In this document: positions 1-8,157 of the stretch, piece after piece
How positions within the stretch are numbered: position 1 is the stretch's first letter
How the letters are laid out: each line of letters starts with the position of its first letter
IMG/VR virus record: IMGVR_UViG_3300037722_000810
Coordinates: 1 to 28,966 of that record
Reading direction: 5' to 3' (one strand)
DNA: 28,966 bases
Source: a virus
Lineage: Duplodnaviria > Caudoviricetes
The notes under the pieces: model-generated
What the model was told of the DNA's origin: nothing
The model's database searches: none
Seen by the model: the letters and a program-made list of their open reading frames with translations, nothing else
Translations under genes and position numbers: made by a program

Positions 1-60
1 GTAATTCCCACCCCGTTCGCTCGCTAGCTGCGTGGGGTCTATAGGGTTAACTGGTCTGCG
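1..60. other. Possible part of the cos/packaging region upstream of terS
   Basis: Position only: lambda-type terminases have cos just upstream of terS. Short CCCAC...GTGGG inverted repeat (7-36). The cut site cannot be identified. Confidence 0.25.
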
Positions 61-69
61 GGGTGAGCT

Positions 70-651
70 ATGGCCAAGGTGGTGAATCAGACCGAGCTCG
101 CGGAGATCCACGGCGTCACCGACGTCACGCTGTGGCAATGGCAAAAGGAAGGCATGCCGGTCGCGAAGATCAGCACCCGCGGGCTGCCGAACGAGTACGA
201 GGTGCCGGCCACGATCGTGTGGCGGGTGGCGCGCGAGGTGAAGAAGGTGCGCGAGGAGTCGCCGCGCGACATGCTGTATCGAGAGCAGACCAAGCTCGTG
301 CAGCTGCAGATCGCCGAGAAGCAGGGGCTGCTGGTGCCGGCGGCCGACATCGAGCAGAAGTACGAGCGCCTGGTGGTGAACGCGCGGCAGCGCCTGATGC
401 AGCTGCCGCCGCTGATGCACGGGCGCCTGCCGCCGGAGGTGCTCACGCAACTCGAGGAGGCGATCCACGGCGCACTGACGGAGCTGGCTTCCTATGGACC
501 GAGCGACCAAACTGATCACGCGGGTGGCGAAGAGGTGGGCGCCGCCGATCAGCCGCTCGGTGGCGGCGTGGGCGGAGGAGAAGAGGTACCTGAGCGACAA
601 GTCCCCGTTCCCGGGGAAGTACGTCCTCTCAAGGACCCCGTATCTTCGTGA
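70..651 (+). CDS. terS: Terminase small subunit (lambda Nu1-like)
   Basis: N-terminal winged-HTH pattern VNQTELAEIHGVTDVTLWQWQKEGMPV, followed by a coiled coil and GLLVP. Directly precedes and overlaps terL. Confidence 0.9.
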   Translation: MAKVVNQTELAEIHGVTDVTLWQWQKEGMPVAKISTRGLPNEYEVPATIVWRVAREVKKVREESPRDMLYREQTKLVQLQIAEKQGLLVPAADIEQKYERLVVNARQRLMQLPPLMHGRLPPEVLTQLEEAIHGALTELASYGPSDQTDHAGGEEVGAADQPLGGGVGGGEEVPERQVPVPGEVRPLKDPVSS

Positions 652-2647
652 GATTCTCGACGCGGTAAGCGATCCGCGCGTGCGGGAGGTGGTCGCGCAG
701 AAGCCGGCGCAGATCGCTTGGACCGACGGGGTGCTGATCAACTGGCTCGGCCAGATCGTCGACGAGCGGCCGGCGCCGACGATCGTGCTCTTTCCCGCGG
801 ACAAGAAGATCCGCGAGTTCAACGCCGAGAAGTGGGAGCCCGCGGTCGAGGCGACGCCGGCGCTCGCCGCGAAGCTGGTGACGAAGTCCAGGGCGAAAGA
901 GAACCGACAGGACTTCAAGGAATTCGCCGGCGGCTACATCAAGTTCGTCGGCTCGAACTCGCCGGCCAACCTGAAGCAGAGCACGGCGGGCAACCTGGCG
1001 GTGGAAGAGCCGGACGACTGCAACCTGAACATCAAGGGGCAGGGCGATTCCATCACGCTGCTCGAGGAGCGGGGCAAGCGCTACGGGCTCTCGTTCAAGC
1101 TGCTCGTGGGGGGCACGCCGTCGATCGCGACCGTGTCGGCGGTGGCGGCGCGGATGGAGCAGACCGACAAGCGGATCTGGCTCGTCGCGTGCCACCACTG
1201 CAGCCAGGAGGCGCCGCTCAAGTGGGAGAACGTGCGCTGGTCGCGTGACCCGGCGCGGCAGCATCCGGTGTTCCGCGACGCGCTTCCGGAGACGGCGCGC
1301 TACGTCTGCCCGCACTGCGGCGGCGAATGGACGGACGCCGAGCGCAGGGCGAACATCGAGCGCAGCGGCCGCTGGCAGCCGACGGCGGAGTTCTGCGGCA
1401 AGGCGGGCTTCTACCTGACCGAGCTGATGAGCACGCTGCCGGGCGGCGAGCTGCCGGTGCTCGTCGGGAAATACCTGGTGGCGAAGCACGCGCTCGACTC
1501 CGAGGGCGACGTGTCGAAGATGATCGTCTTCTGGAACCAGACGCTCGGGCTGCCGTGGGAGTACAAGGGCACGGTCGCGGACGTGAAGACGCTCGAGGCG
1601 CGGCTCGAGGACTATCCCGAGTGGTTCGTGCCCTGGGGCGGCTTGGTGCTCACGGTCGGCATCGACGTGCAGCACGGCCGCCTGGTGGTCGTGGTGCTGG
1701 CCTGGGGCGAGGGCGAGGAGTGCTGGCTCGTGTGGTTCGGCGAGTTGCACGGCAACGTGCTCGAGGAGGCGGTGTGGGACGAGCTTGAGCGCACGGTGAT
1801 CTTCCGGCGCTACAAGCACGTGAACGGCGCCGAGATGGCGATCTCCGCGGTGTCGGTGGACGCCGGCGACGGCCAGACGGCGGACGCGGTCTACAAATGG
1901 GCGCGGCGCGCGAACCGCAAGTTCGGCGCCGATCGCGTGATGCCGATCCGCGGCTCGACCGTGGAGAGCTCGGAGATCTTCCGCGCGCCGGCGAAGCCGC
2001 TCGACGTGACGGCGACGCACAAGGCGGCGAAGTACGGCTTGCGGCCCTACATGGTGGGCGTGTCGCGGGGGAAGGACCTGATCCTCGGCGCGGACGAGAA
2101 CGCCGGCCGCATCAACCTGCGCGACGCGAGCGGGGCGACGGGCCACGGGCCCGGGCGCATGCACTGGTATCGCGGGCTGCGGGACGACTACCTGGACCAG
2201 CTCACCGCCGAGGTGAAGGCGCCGGTGCGTGATGGCCGGCGCGGCGGTCGCCTGGTGAAGAAGTGGGTGGTGAAGGCCGGCAAGGAAAACCACGGCCTCG
2301 ACGCGACGATCTACGGCCTGCACGCGGCGCGCGCGCTGCGCATCGACACGTATTCGGCGGCGCGCTGGGCGGCGCTGCGCGAGCAGATCTTCCAAGGCCA
2401 TCTCTTCGCGCGCGCCGAGCAGGACGCGGCGCGCGCGCAGGGAACGCCGGCGCCGTCTCCTGGGCTTAGCACCGCGCCTTCGCCCGAGGCCGCGGCCGGG
2501 GGACCGGAGCAGGAGACGGCGCCGGCGGGCGGCGTCCAGATGTCTGCACAGACCGACGTGCCGGCGGGGATGCGCACCGATCCGGGGCCGAGGGCCGCGG
2601 TGCGGCGGCCGGCGCGCCGCGTGCGCAGCGCCGGCGTTCGACTCTGA
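494..2647 (+). CDS. terL: Terminase large subunit (lambda GpA family)
   Basis: RTPYLREI motif, Walker A-like QKPAQIAWT, Walker B-like LAVEEPD, GGTP coupling motif, two CxxC (CHHC, CPHC), WNQTLGLPW, nuclease GIDVQ and NHGLD. Confidence 0.95.
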   Translation: MDRATKLITRVAKRWAPPISRSVAAWAEEKRYLSDKSPFPGKYVLSRTPYLREILDAVSDPRVREVVAQKPAQIAWTDGVLINWLGQIVDERPAPTIVLFPADKKIREFNAEKWEPAVEATPALAAKLVTKSRAKENRQDFKEFAGGYIKFVGSNSPANLKQSTAGNLAVEEPDDCNLNIKGQGDSITLLEERGKRYGLSFKLLVGGTPSIATVSAVAARMEQTDKRIWLVACHHCSQEAPLKWENVRWSRDPARQHPVFRDALPETARYVCPHCGGEWTDAERRANIERSGRWQPTAEFCGKAGFYLTELMSTLPGGELPVLVGKYLVAKHALDSEGDVSKMIVFWNQTLGLPWEYKGTVADVKTLEARLEDYPEWFVPWGGLVLTVGIDVQHGRLVVVVLAWGEGEECWLVWFGELHGNVLEEAVWDELERTVIFRRYKHVNGAEMAISAVSVDAGDGQTADAVYKWARRANRKFGADRVMPIRGSTVESSEIFRAPAKPLDVTATHKAAKYGLRPYMVGVSRGKDLILGADENAGRINLRDASGATGHGPGRMHWYRGLRDDYLDQLTAEVKAPVRDGRRGGRLVKKWVVKAGKENHGLDATIYGLHAARALRIDTYSAARWAALREQIFQGHLFARAEQDAARAQGTPAPSPGLSTAPSPEAAAGGPEQETAPAGGVQMSAQTDVPAGMRTDPGPRAAVRRPARRVRSAGVRL

Positions 2648-2657
2648 GGGAGGCTCC

Positions 2658-2879
2658 ATGGCGGGAATCACGCTGACGCAGGCCGAGGCGAAGCTCACCC
2701 TCTGGATGGCGGCGAACGACGCCGTCGCCGGCGGGCAGGAGTACACGATCGGCTCGCGCAGCCTGAAGCGCACGGACGCGGCGGAGATCCGCGAGCAGAT
2801 CCAGTTCTGGGACGCGAAGGTGAAGGAGCTCACGCGTGGCACCACGGGCATGCGCATCCGTGGGGGCACGCCGACGTGA
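2658..2879 (+). CDS. Head completion / head-tail joining protein (lambda gpW-like)
   Basis: 73 aa between terL and portal with GQEYTIGSRSLKRTD motif. RBS GGAGG. Confidence 0.85.
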   Translation: MAGITLTQAEAKLTLWMAANDAVAGGQEYTIGSRSLKRTDAAEIREQIQFWDAKVKELTRGTTGMRIRGGTPT

Positions 2880-4891
2880 GCCGCCGGGAGATCCGCGAGG
2901 CGCTGGCGAACGCCAAGCCGAACCTGGTCGACCGCGTCGTCAGCTACTTCAACCCGGTCGCGGGGGCGTCACGCCTGCGCTCGCGCATGTTCATGGCGGT
3001 GGCCGGCGGCTACACGGGCGGCTCGAGGTCGCGCCGGCAGACTTCCGAGTGGAAGTTCACGAAGAACGCGAGCGCGGACGCCGACACGCTGCCCGACCTG
3101 CAGGACCTGCGCGACCGCTCGCGCGATCTCGCGCGCAACGCGCCGCTCGCGGCGGGCGCGATCGCCGGCGTGGTCACGAACGTGGTGGGCACCGGCCTCG
3201 CGCTGCAGTCGCGCGTCGATCGCGAGGTCCTCGGCATGAGCGAGGAGCAGGCGGCCGAGTGGCAGAAGCTCGCCGAGCGCGAGTACAACCTCTGGTTCGA
3301 GAGCACGTACTGCGACGCGACGCGCACGCTCGACGGCTACGGACTGCAGGGGCTGGTGTTCCGCGCGTCGCTGGAGAGCGGCGACACGTTCGTCACCACG
3401 CCGATGCGCAAGCTCGCCGGCATGCCCTACGAGCTCACGCTGCAGGTGTTCGAGGCCGACCAGGTGTCGAACCCGAAACTCGCGATGGACACCGAGCGGC
3501 TCGCCGGCGGCGTCGAGCTGGACGAGTTCCGGGCGCCGGTGGCGTACCACTTCCGGCGCTCGCATCCGGGCGCGCTGCAGGGCGTGTCGATGGACTGGGA
3601 CCGGGTGGCCGCCTTCGGCACGCGCACCGGGCGGCGCCAGGTGATCCACCCGTACACGAAGCTGCGGCCCGGGCAGACGCGCGGCGTGCCGTACCTCGCG
3701 CCGGTGATCGAGACGCTGAAGATGCTCGACCGCTACACCGAGGCCGAGCTGATGGCGGCGGTGGTGGCCGGCATGTTCACCGTGTTCGTGGAGAGCGAGC
3801 GCGGCGGGCTCGATCCAGCCGATCCGAGTGGCATCGGCGGCGAGACCGGGGCGCAGGCCTCCGACAAGGACGTGAAGCTCGGCGCCGGCGCCATCGTCGA
3901 CCTGAACACGGGCGAGAAGATCAGCACCGCGAATCCCGGGCGGCCGAACCAGGCCTTCGACGGCTTCGTCGATTCGCTCTGCGGATTTGTCGGCCTCGCG
4001 CTCGAGCTGCCGAAAGAAGTTTTGCTCAAGCACTTCATCGCGAGCTACAGCGCTTCCCGCGCAGCGCTCCTCGAGGCGTGGAAGTTCTTCCGCGGCCGGC
4101 GGGCGTGGCTCGCCACGACGTTCTGCAACCCGGTCTACGAGGCCTGGATGGACGAGGCCGTGGCCAAGGGGCGCATCGCGGCGCCGGGCTATTTCACCGA
4201 TCCGCTCATGCGGCGCGCATACCTGGGCGCCGAGTGGGTCGGCGACGGGCCGATCAGCGTGGATCCGGTGAAGGACGTGGAAGCCGCGAAGGCGCGCGTC
4301 GAGCTCGGCATCAGCACGCGGCAGAAGGAAAGCGCGCTGCACGACGGCGGCGACTGGGAGAAGAACCACGAGCAGCTGGCGAAGGAGGAAAAACGGCGCA
4401 AGGCGGACGGCCTGAAGGCGGAGGCGCCGGCGAAGCTGCCCGCGCCGAAAGGCCCCGGTGCGCCGCCGACTGGAGGACAGCCCGGCGGTAAAGACGAAGA
4501 GGGTGCCGATCGCGGCGAAGGTGGCGAAGGCACCGAGCGGCGCGAGGACGAACCCGACGCGCGCGGCTTCAACGTCAACGTATCGCCGCAGATTCATTTG
4601 CCGGAGAAGCTGCTGCTGGAGGTGACGCACCAGTTGCCGGACATGAGGGTGCTGGGCGATTCGATCGAGCGTGCGCAGACCGCAGGATCGCAGCAAGTGG
4701 CGAAGGCGATGGAGCGATCCGCCGCGGCGGCGCAGACGGCGGTGCGCCAGGCGCTCGAGGCGACGGCTCGCTCGAACGAGGCGACTGCGGGCGCGTTGGC
4801 CGGTGTCGCCGCGGCGATCGCCAAGCCGCGCAAGGCGGTGCTCGACAAGGACGGGAACGTGATCGGCAGCTTGCCGGTCGAGAAGCTCTGA
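2876..4891 (+). CDS. Portal protein, lambda gpB family, with long C-terminal extension
   Basis: LRDRSRDLARN, GVELDEFRAPVAYH, RPGQTRGVPYLAPV, SYSASRAALLE and VDPVKD motifs. GTG start overlaps the gpW stop (GTGA). Confidence 0.95.
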   Translation: MSRREIREALANAKPNLVDRVVSYFNPVAGASRLRSRMFMAVAGGYTGGSRSRRQTSEWKFTKNASADADTLPDLQDLRDRSRDLARNAPLAAGAIAGVVTNVVGTGLALQSRVDREVLGMSEEQAAEWQKLAEREYNLWFESTYCDATRTLDGYGLQGLVFRASLESGDTFVTTPMRKLAGMPYELTLQVFEADQVSNPKLAMDTERLAGGVELDEFRAPVAYHFRRSHPGALQGVSMDWDRVAAFGTRTGRRQVIHPYTKLRPGQTRGVPYLAPVIETLKMLDRYTEAELMAAVVAGMFTVFVESERGGLDPADPSGIGGETGAQASDKDVKLGAGAIVDLNTGEKISTANPGRPNQAFDGFVDSLCGFVGLALELPKEVLLKHFIASYSASRAALLEAWKFFRGRRAWLATTFCNPVYEAWMDEAVAKGRIAAPGYFTDPLMRRAYLGAEWVGDGPISVDPVKDVEAAKARVELGISTRQKESALHDGGDWEKNHEQLAKEEKRRKADGLKAEAPAKLPAPKGPGAPPTGGQPGGKDEEGADRGEGGEGTERREDEPDARGFNVNVSPQIHLPEKLLLEVTHQLPDMRVLGDSIERAQTAGSQQVAKAMERSAAAAQTAVRQALEATARSNEATAGALAGVAAAIAKPRKAVLDKDGNVIGSLPVEKL

Positions 4892-4907
4892 TACGGAGGC
4901 TGAAAAA

Positions 4908-5561
4908 GTGAACGACTTGAAGGCGGTATCCGGAGAACTGACGGCGGTGGTGCACGTGACCCGCAAGGGAACGGGCAAGACCGATACGTTTCACCTGGTC
5001 GGGCACAGCGACCCCGGGAAACTCGCCGCGCTGGTCGCGCAGGCGCGCAGGAACCGCGTGCACGGCGCGTCTGGCGGCCTGGTCGGCCTGCGCGCGCGCC
5101 TCGCGAACTTCGTGCTCGAGCTGTTCGAGCCCTGGTATGCGGCGCTCACGCGCTACATGGCCTACGTCGGGATGCTGCTGCGCGCGGTGACGCACAGCAC
5201 GGCCTCGCGCGACGCCGCGACGAATGCGGTGGTCGATCAACTCGATGGCGCCGGGAGCAAGCTGTGCTTTCGCATCTCCGCGGCTGGGGCGATTGCCGCG
5301 ACGCTGACGTGCGCGACGCCCGCATTCGGCGCATCATCGGCAGGCACGGCAACGGCGGGCGCGATTGCGAGCGACACGAACGCGGCCGGCAATGCCAGCC
5401 CGGTATCGCACGCGACATTGCAGACCAGCGGCGACGTGGTGGCGATCACCTGCCAGGTGGCGGCGAGCGGTAGCGACATCGACATGAGCAACGGGCTGAC
5501 GGTCGCCTCCGGCGATACGGTCTCCTGCTCAAGCCTGACCTATACCGCGCTGTCGGCCTGA
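4908..5561 (+). CDS. Putative virion structural/accessory protein (Ala/Ser/Thr-rich beta domain after an N-terminal leader)
   Basis: GGAGG RBS with GTG start. The C-terminal ~125 aa (THSTASRDAATNAVVD...GDTVSCSSLTYT) resemble small phage fibre/decoration-type proteins. Confidence 0.7.
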   Translation: MNDLKAVSGELTAVVHVTRKGTGKTDTFHLVGHSDPGKLAALVAQARRNRVHGASGGLVGLRARLANFVLELFEPWYAALTRYMAYVGMLLRAVTHSTASRDAATNAVVDQLDGAGSKLCFRISAAGAIAATLTCATPAFGASSAGTATAGAIASDTNAAGNASPVSHATLQTSGDVVAITCQVAASGSDIDMSNGLTVASGDTVSCSSLTYTALSA

Positions 5562-5911
5562 TGCTCTGGCGCATCTACTACGCCGACGGATCGACATTTG
5601 ACGCTGGCAATCCCGGCGACGCTCCGAAAACTGGCGTTATCTGCATCAAGCAGGCGAACAAGATGCACGGCTGGACGATCACGGCGATGAAAGACTTCTA
5701 CCTTCGGCGCCACGAGGCATGGTGGGGCGCCGATGCGCCGGGCTTCTGGCAGTTCATGTTCGCGCCCGGCGCGAAGGTCGTCCTCTTCGGCGTGAGCGCG
5801 CCTGACGAGGTGTTTCACAGGGTCATGAGCAGGGCGATCAACGATCCCGACTTCGGAGGCAAGTCGGCGAAGAGCCCGCTCGATTTCGGCGAGGAGCGGC
5901 AGTGGGCTTGA
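5561..5911 (+). CDS. Hypothetical protein (116 aa, aromatic-rich)
   Basis: TGATG coupling to the previous gene. Protein-like composition (WRIYYADGSTF). Confidence 0.7.
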   Translation: MLWRIYYADGSTFDAGNPGDAPKTGVICIKQANKMHGWTITAMKDFYLRRHEAWWGADAPGFWQFMFAPGAKVVLFGVSAPDEVFHRVMSRAINDPDFGGKSAKSPLDFGEERQWA

Positions 5912-7176
5912 AGCGGCGCTTTCTCGACTCGGGGTTTCATCAGTGGCTGCTCGCGTGGAAGCCGATCCCGCTGTGCTGGTTTTTCCGGCGCATGGGCTGG
6001 CCGATCCCGCGCTACCTGATCGGTCATGACATCTTTACCCCGGCGCAGGACAATTTCCGATTCTATGAGGAGGGTAGCGAGGATGGCTCCTCGCCAATCG
6101 ACGCCGAGAACACGAGCATCAGCCGCGCGGTCAATGCGGACTCCGACCTGCATTTGCGGCTGCTCATCCAGGCGACGAACACCGCGCCCGGAGCGTCGAC
6201 CGACGATTACCAGCTCCAGTATTCGAAGAACAGCGGCACGTTCACCAATATCACGGCGTCGTCAGCGGACGTTCAAGGGTACGCTTCGGCGGGCCTGACC
6301 GATGGCTCGGCGACCACGAACCGCGCGACGAACGGCATCAGTGACGGCACCGGGTCGTTCGTGGCCGGCGAGCAGGCGGAGAGCGGGCTTGTCACCGACC
6401 ATCTGCTCACTGGCTCGAACTTCACCGAGCACGTGTTTGCGCTGCGGCTGCTCTTCGCTGATCTCGCGAACGCGGACACCATTGACTTCCGCCTGCTCGT
6501 CAATGGCGGGACGATGGTTTACAACGTCACGCCGCAGATCACGGTCAGCCAGACCAATCCGTCGCTCGACGACGCCTCGATGGCGGACGCGGATCGCAAC
6601 TGGGATACTCCGTCGCAGGACATCGCGCTCACTTTCAGCGAGGCGGTGGACATCACGCCGACGCCAGGTGTGGGCGACACCATCGCCGGGCTGACGGCGA
6701 AGGTGAACGGCGGCGCGGCGCAGGCTCTGACCTACGTTTCCGGCAATGCCTCGGCGAGCTGGAAGGTGCGCCGCGCCGAGTTGATCCAGCAGGACGACAG
6801 CGTGACCGTGACATATGCGATGGCGACCGGCGACATCCTCGCCGTCGACGACAACGCTGAGGTGAAGAACGCCACCGACCTCGCGGTGACGAACAACCTC
6901 ACCAAGCGCGTGCGCGAGACGATCAAGGATAAGAATAATGCCATCGTCGCAAGCGAGTCGATGAGCTACGGCATCCATGAGTTCGATTCCGGCAATCCTG
7001 CGAACGCCAACTGGATGAGTCGCTCCACCAAGGGGAGCTCGAGCACCGATGCGAGCGGCGTATTTGATGTGCAGTACACGGGCGCGTCGGCTGTCGGCGC
7101 GACGGTCTATCTGGTGGTCGAACGCACGGCGCCAACTCCGGATGAGACGGCGCTGGCGAGAGTGGCGGTGCAGTAG
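5902..7176 (+). CDS. Putative virion surface protein with Ig-like/SwmB-like domain
   Basis: GAGGAG RBS before GTG. S/T/D/N-rich beta composition. Segment ~6620-6900 (LTFSEAVD...KVNGG...DSVTVTY...VTNN) matches the SwmB-type repeat pattern by eye. Confidence 0.7.
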   Translation: MGLKRRFLDSGFHQWLLAWKPIPLCWFFRRMGWPIPRYLIGHDIFTPAQDNFRFYEEGSEDGSSPIDAENTSISRAVNADSDLHLRLLIQATNTAPGASTDDYQLQYSKNSGTFTNITASSADVQGYASAGLTDGSATTNRATNGISDGTGSFVAGEQAESGLVTDHLLTGSNFTEHVFALRLLFADLANADTIDFRLLVNGGTMVYNVTPQITVSQTNPSLDDASMADADRNWDTPSQDIALTFSEAVDITPTPGVGDTIAGLTAKVNGGAAQALTYVSGNASASWKVRRAELIQQDDSVTVTYAMATGDILAVDDNAEVKNATDLAVTNNLTKRVRETIKDKNNAIVASESMSYGIHEFDSGNPANANWMSRSTKGSSSTDASGVFDVQYTGASAVGATVYLVVERTAPTPDETALARVAVQ

Positions 7177-8135
7177 TGGCGGTCTACACCAACGATCCGG
7201 CGAGAAATGCCGGCGCTGTCAGCAGCCACGATCCGACAGCAGATCAGGGAGGCGGAGGTCCGGTAACGCACGCGACTAGCGGGGCGCTCGCCGGGGCCGC
7301 TTCCGTCATTGCTGGTAGCGCATCGAGCGCGACCACGCGACCGTCGTCCGGGGCGCTGACAGGGCCCGGCTCCACGATTGCAGGAACCGCGGCGCGCACC
7401 AGAGCGCACGCGACAACCGGAGCCCTCGCCGGGCAAACGGCCACCGTAGCAGGCACCGCCGCCCGCACGCGCGCGCACGCCACGGACGGGGCGCTCGCCG
7501 GGGCCGGGGCAGAGGTAGCCGGAACCGCCGCGCGGGAAGGCGCGCCTGTTACCCACGCGACGACCGGAGTTCTGGATGGTCCGGGAAGTGTACTCATTGG
7601 CACTGCAGCACGGGAGCGTTTGCATCCGGCAATCGGCACGCTGGCCGGGCAGGGTTCGGCAATAGCTGGCACGGCAGCGCGGACGCGACAGCATTTGACT
7701 GCTGGCGAACTGATCGCACAGGGCTCGATCATCGTCGGCTCTGCCGCCCGCGTCGGCCCTCCGGTATCGCATGCCACCTCTGGCGCGCTGGTGGCTGCGG
7801 GGGCGACCCTCGAAGGGGCTGGAAATATCGGCAGCCAGTCGGTGCCGGCGTATCCGGGCGCCGGCACCAACTTGCTTCTGGCGTTGATGCTGTCGATGCC
7901 CAAGCACGAGCCGAAGAAGCTGAAAAAAGGCAAGAAACGCCGCCGCCGCGAGGACGAAGAAGAGGAAATCTCGCCAACCTTGCGCCTGCGCTACGCCGAG
8001 GCGGCTCTCGAGGCCGAGGTGCTCGCCTGCGATGCGGCGCTGGCCCGGGACGAGATCGCGAAGGCCGAACACGCCGCGCACGAGCTGCGGGTACGCCGCA
8101 AGCGCAACGCCGCCGCGATGATGGTGTGCGGTTGA
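7176..8135 (+). CDS. Repeat-containing putative fibre protein with a charged helical C-terminus
   Basis: TAGTG coupling. Eight 23-26 aa repeats, then a KKLKKGKKRRRREDEEEE charge block and a helical tail. Confidence 0.7.
   Translation: MAVYTNDPARNAGAVSSHDPTADQGGGGPVTHATSGALAGAASVIAGSASSATTRPSSGALTGPGSTIAGTAARTRAHATTGALAGQTATVAGTAARTRAHATDGALAGAGAEVAGTAAREGAPVTHATTGVLDGPGSVLIGTAARERLHPAIGTLAGQGSAIAGTAARTRQHLTAGELIAQGSIIVGSAARVGPPVSHATSGALVAAGATLEGAGNIGSQSVPAYPGAGTNLLLALMLSMPKHEPKKLKKGKKRRRREDEEEEISPTLRLRYAEAALEAEVLACDAALARDEIAKAEHAAHELRVRRKRNAAAMMVCG
7266..7826 (+). repeat. Eight tandem 23-26 aa repeats (consensus xHATxGALxGxGxxIAGTAARxR)
   Basis: Examples: AHATTGALAGQTATVAGTAARTR, AHATDGALAGAGAEVAGTAAREG, THATTGVLDGPGSVLIGTAARER. 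Confidence 0.9.
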
Positions 8136-8157
8136 TCAACAACGGAGAAACCGAGCG

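Noticed and set aside
2836-4491. Alternative-frame + ORFs rich in R/G/A (63..515, 2836..4491, 18645..19931 and similar)
   Set aside because: Off-frame reads of high-GC genes with no RBS or motif support.
7266-7826. CRISPR array
   Set aside because: The repeats are degenerate in-frame coding repeats without unique spacers, and no cas genes are present.
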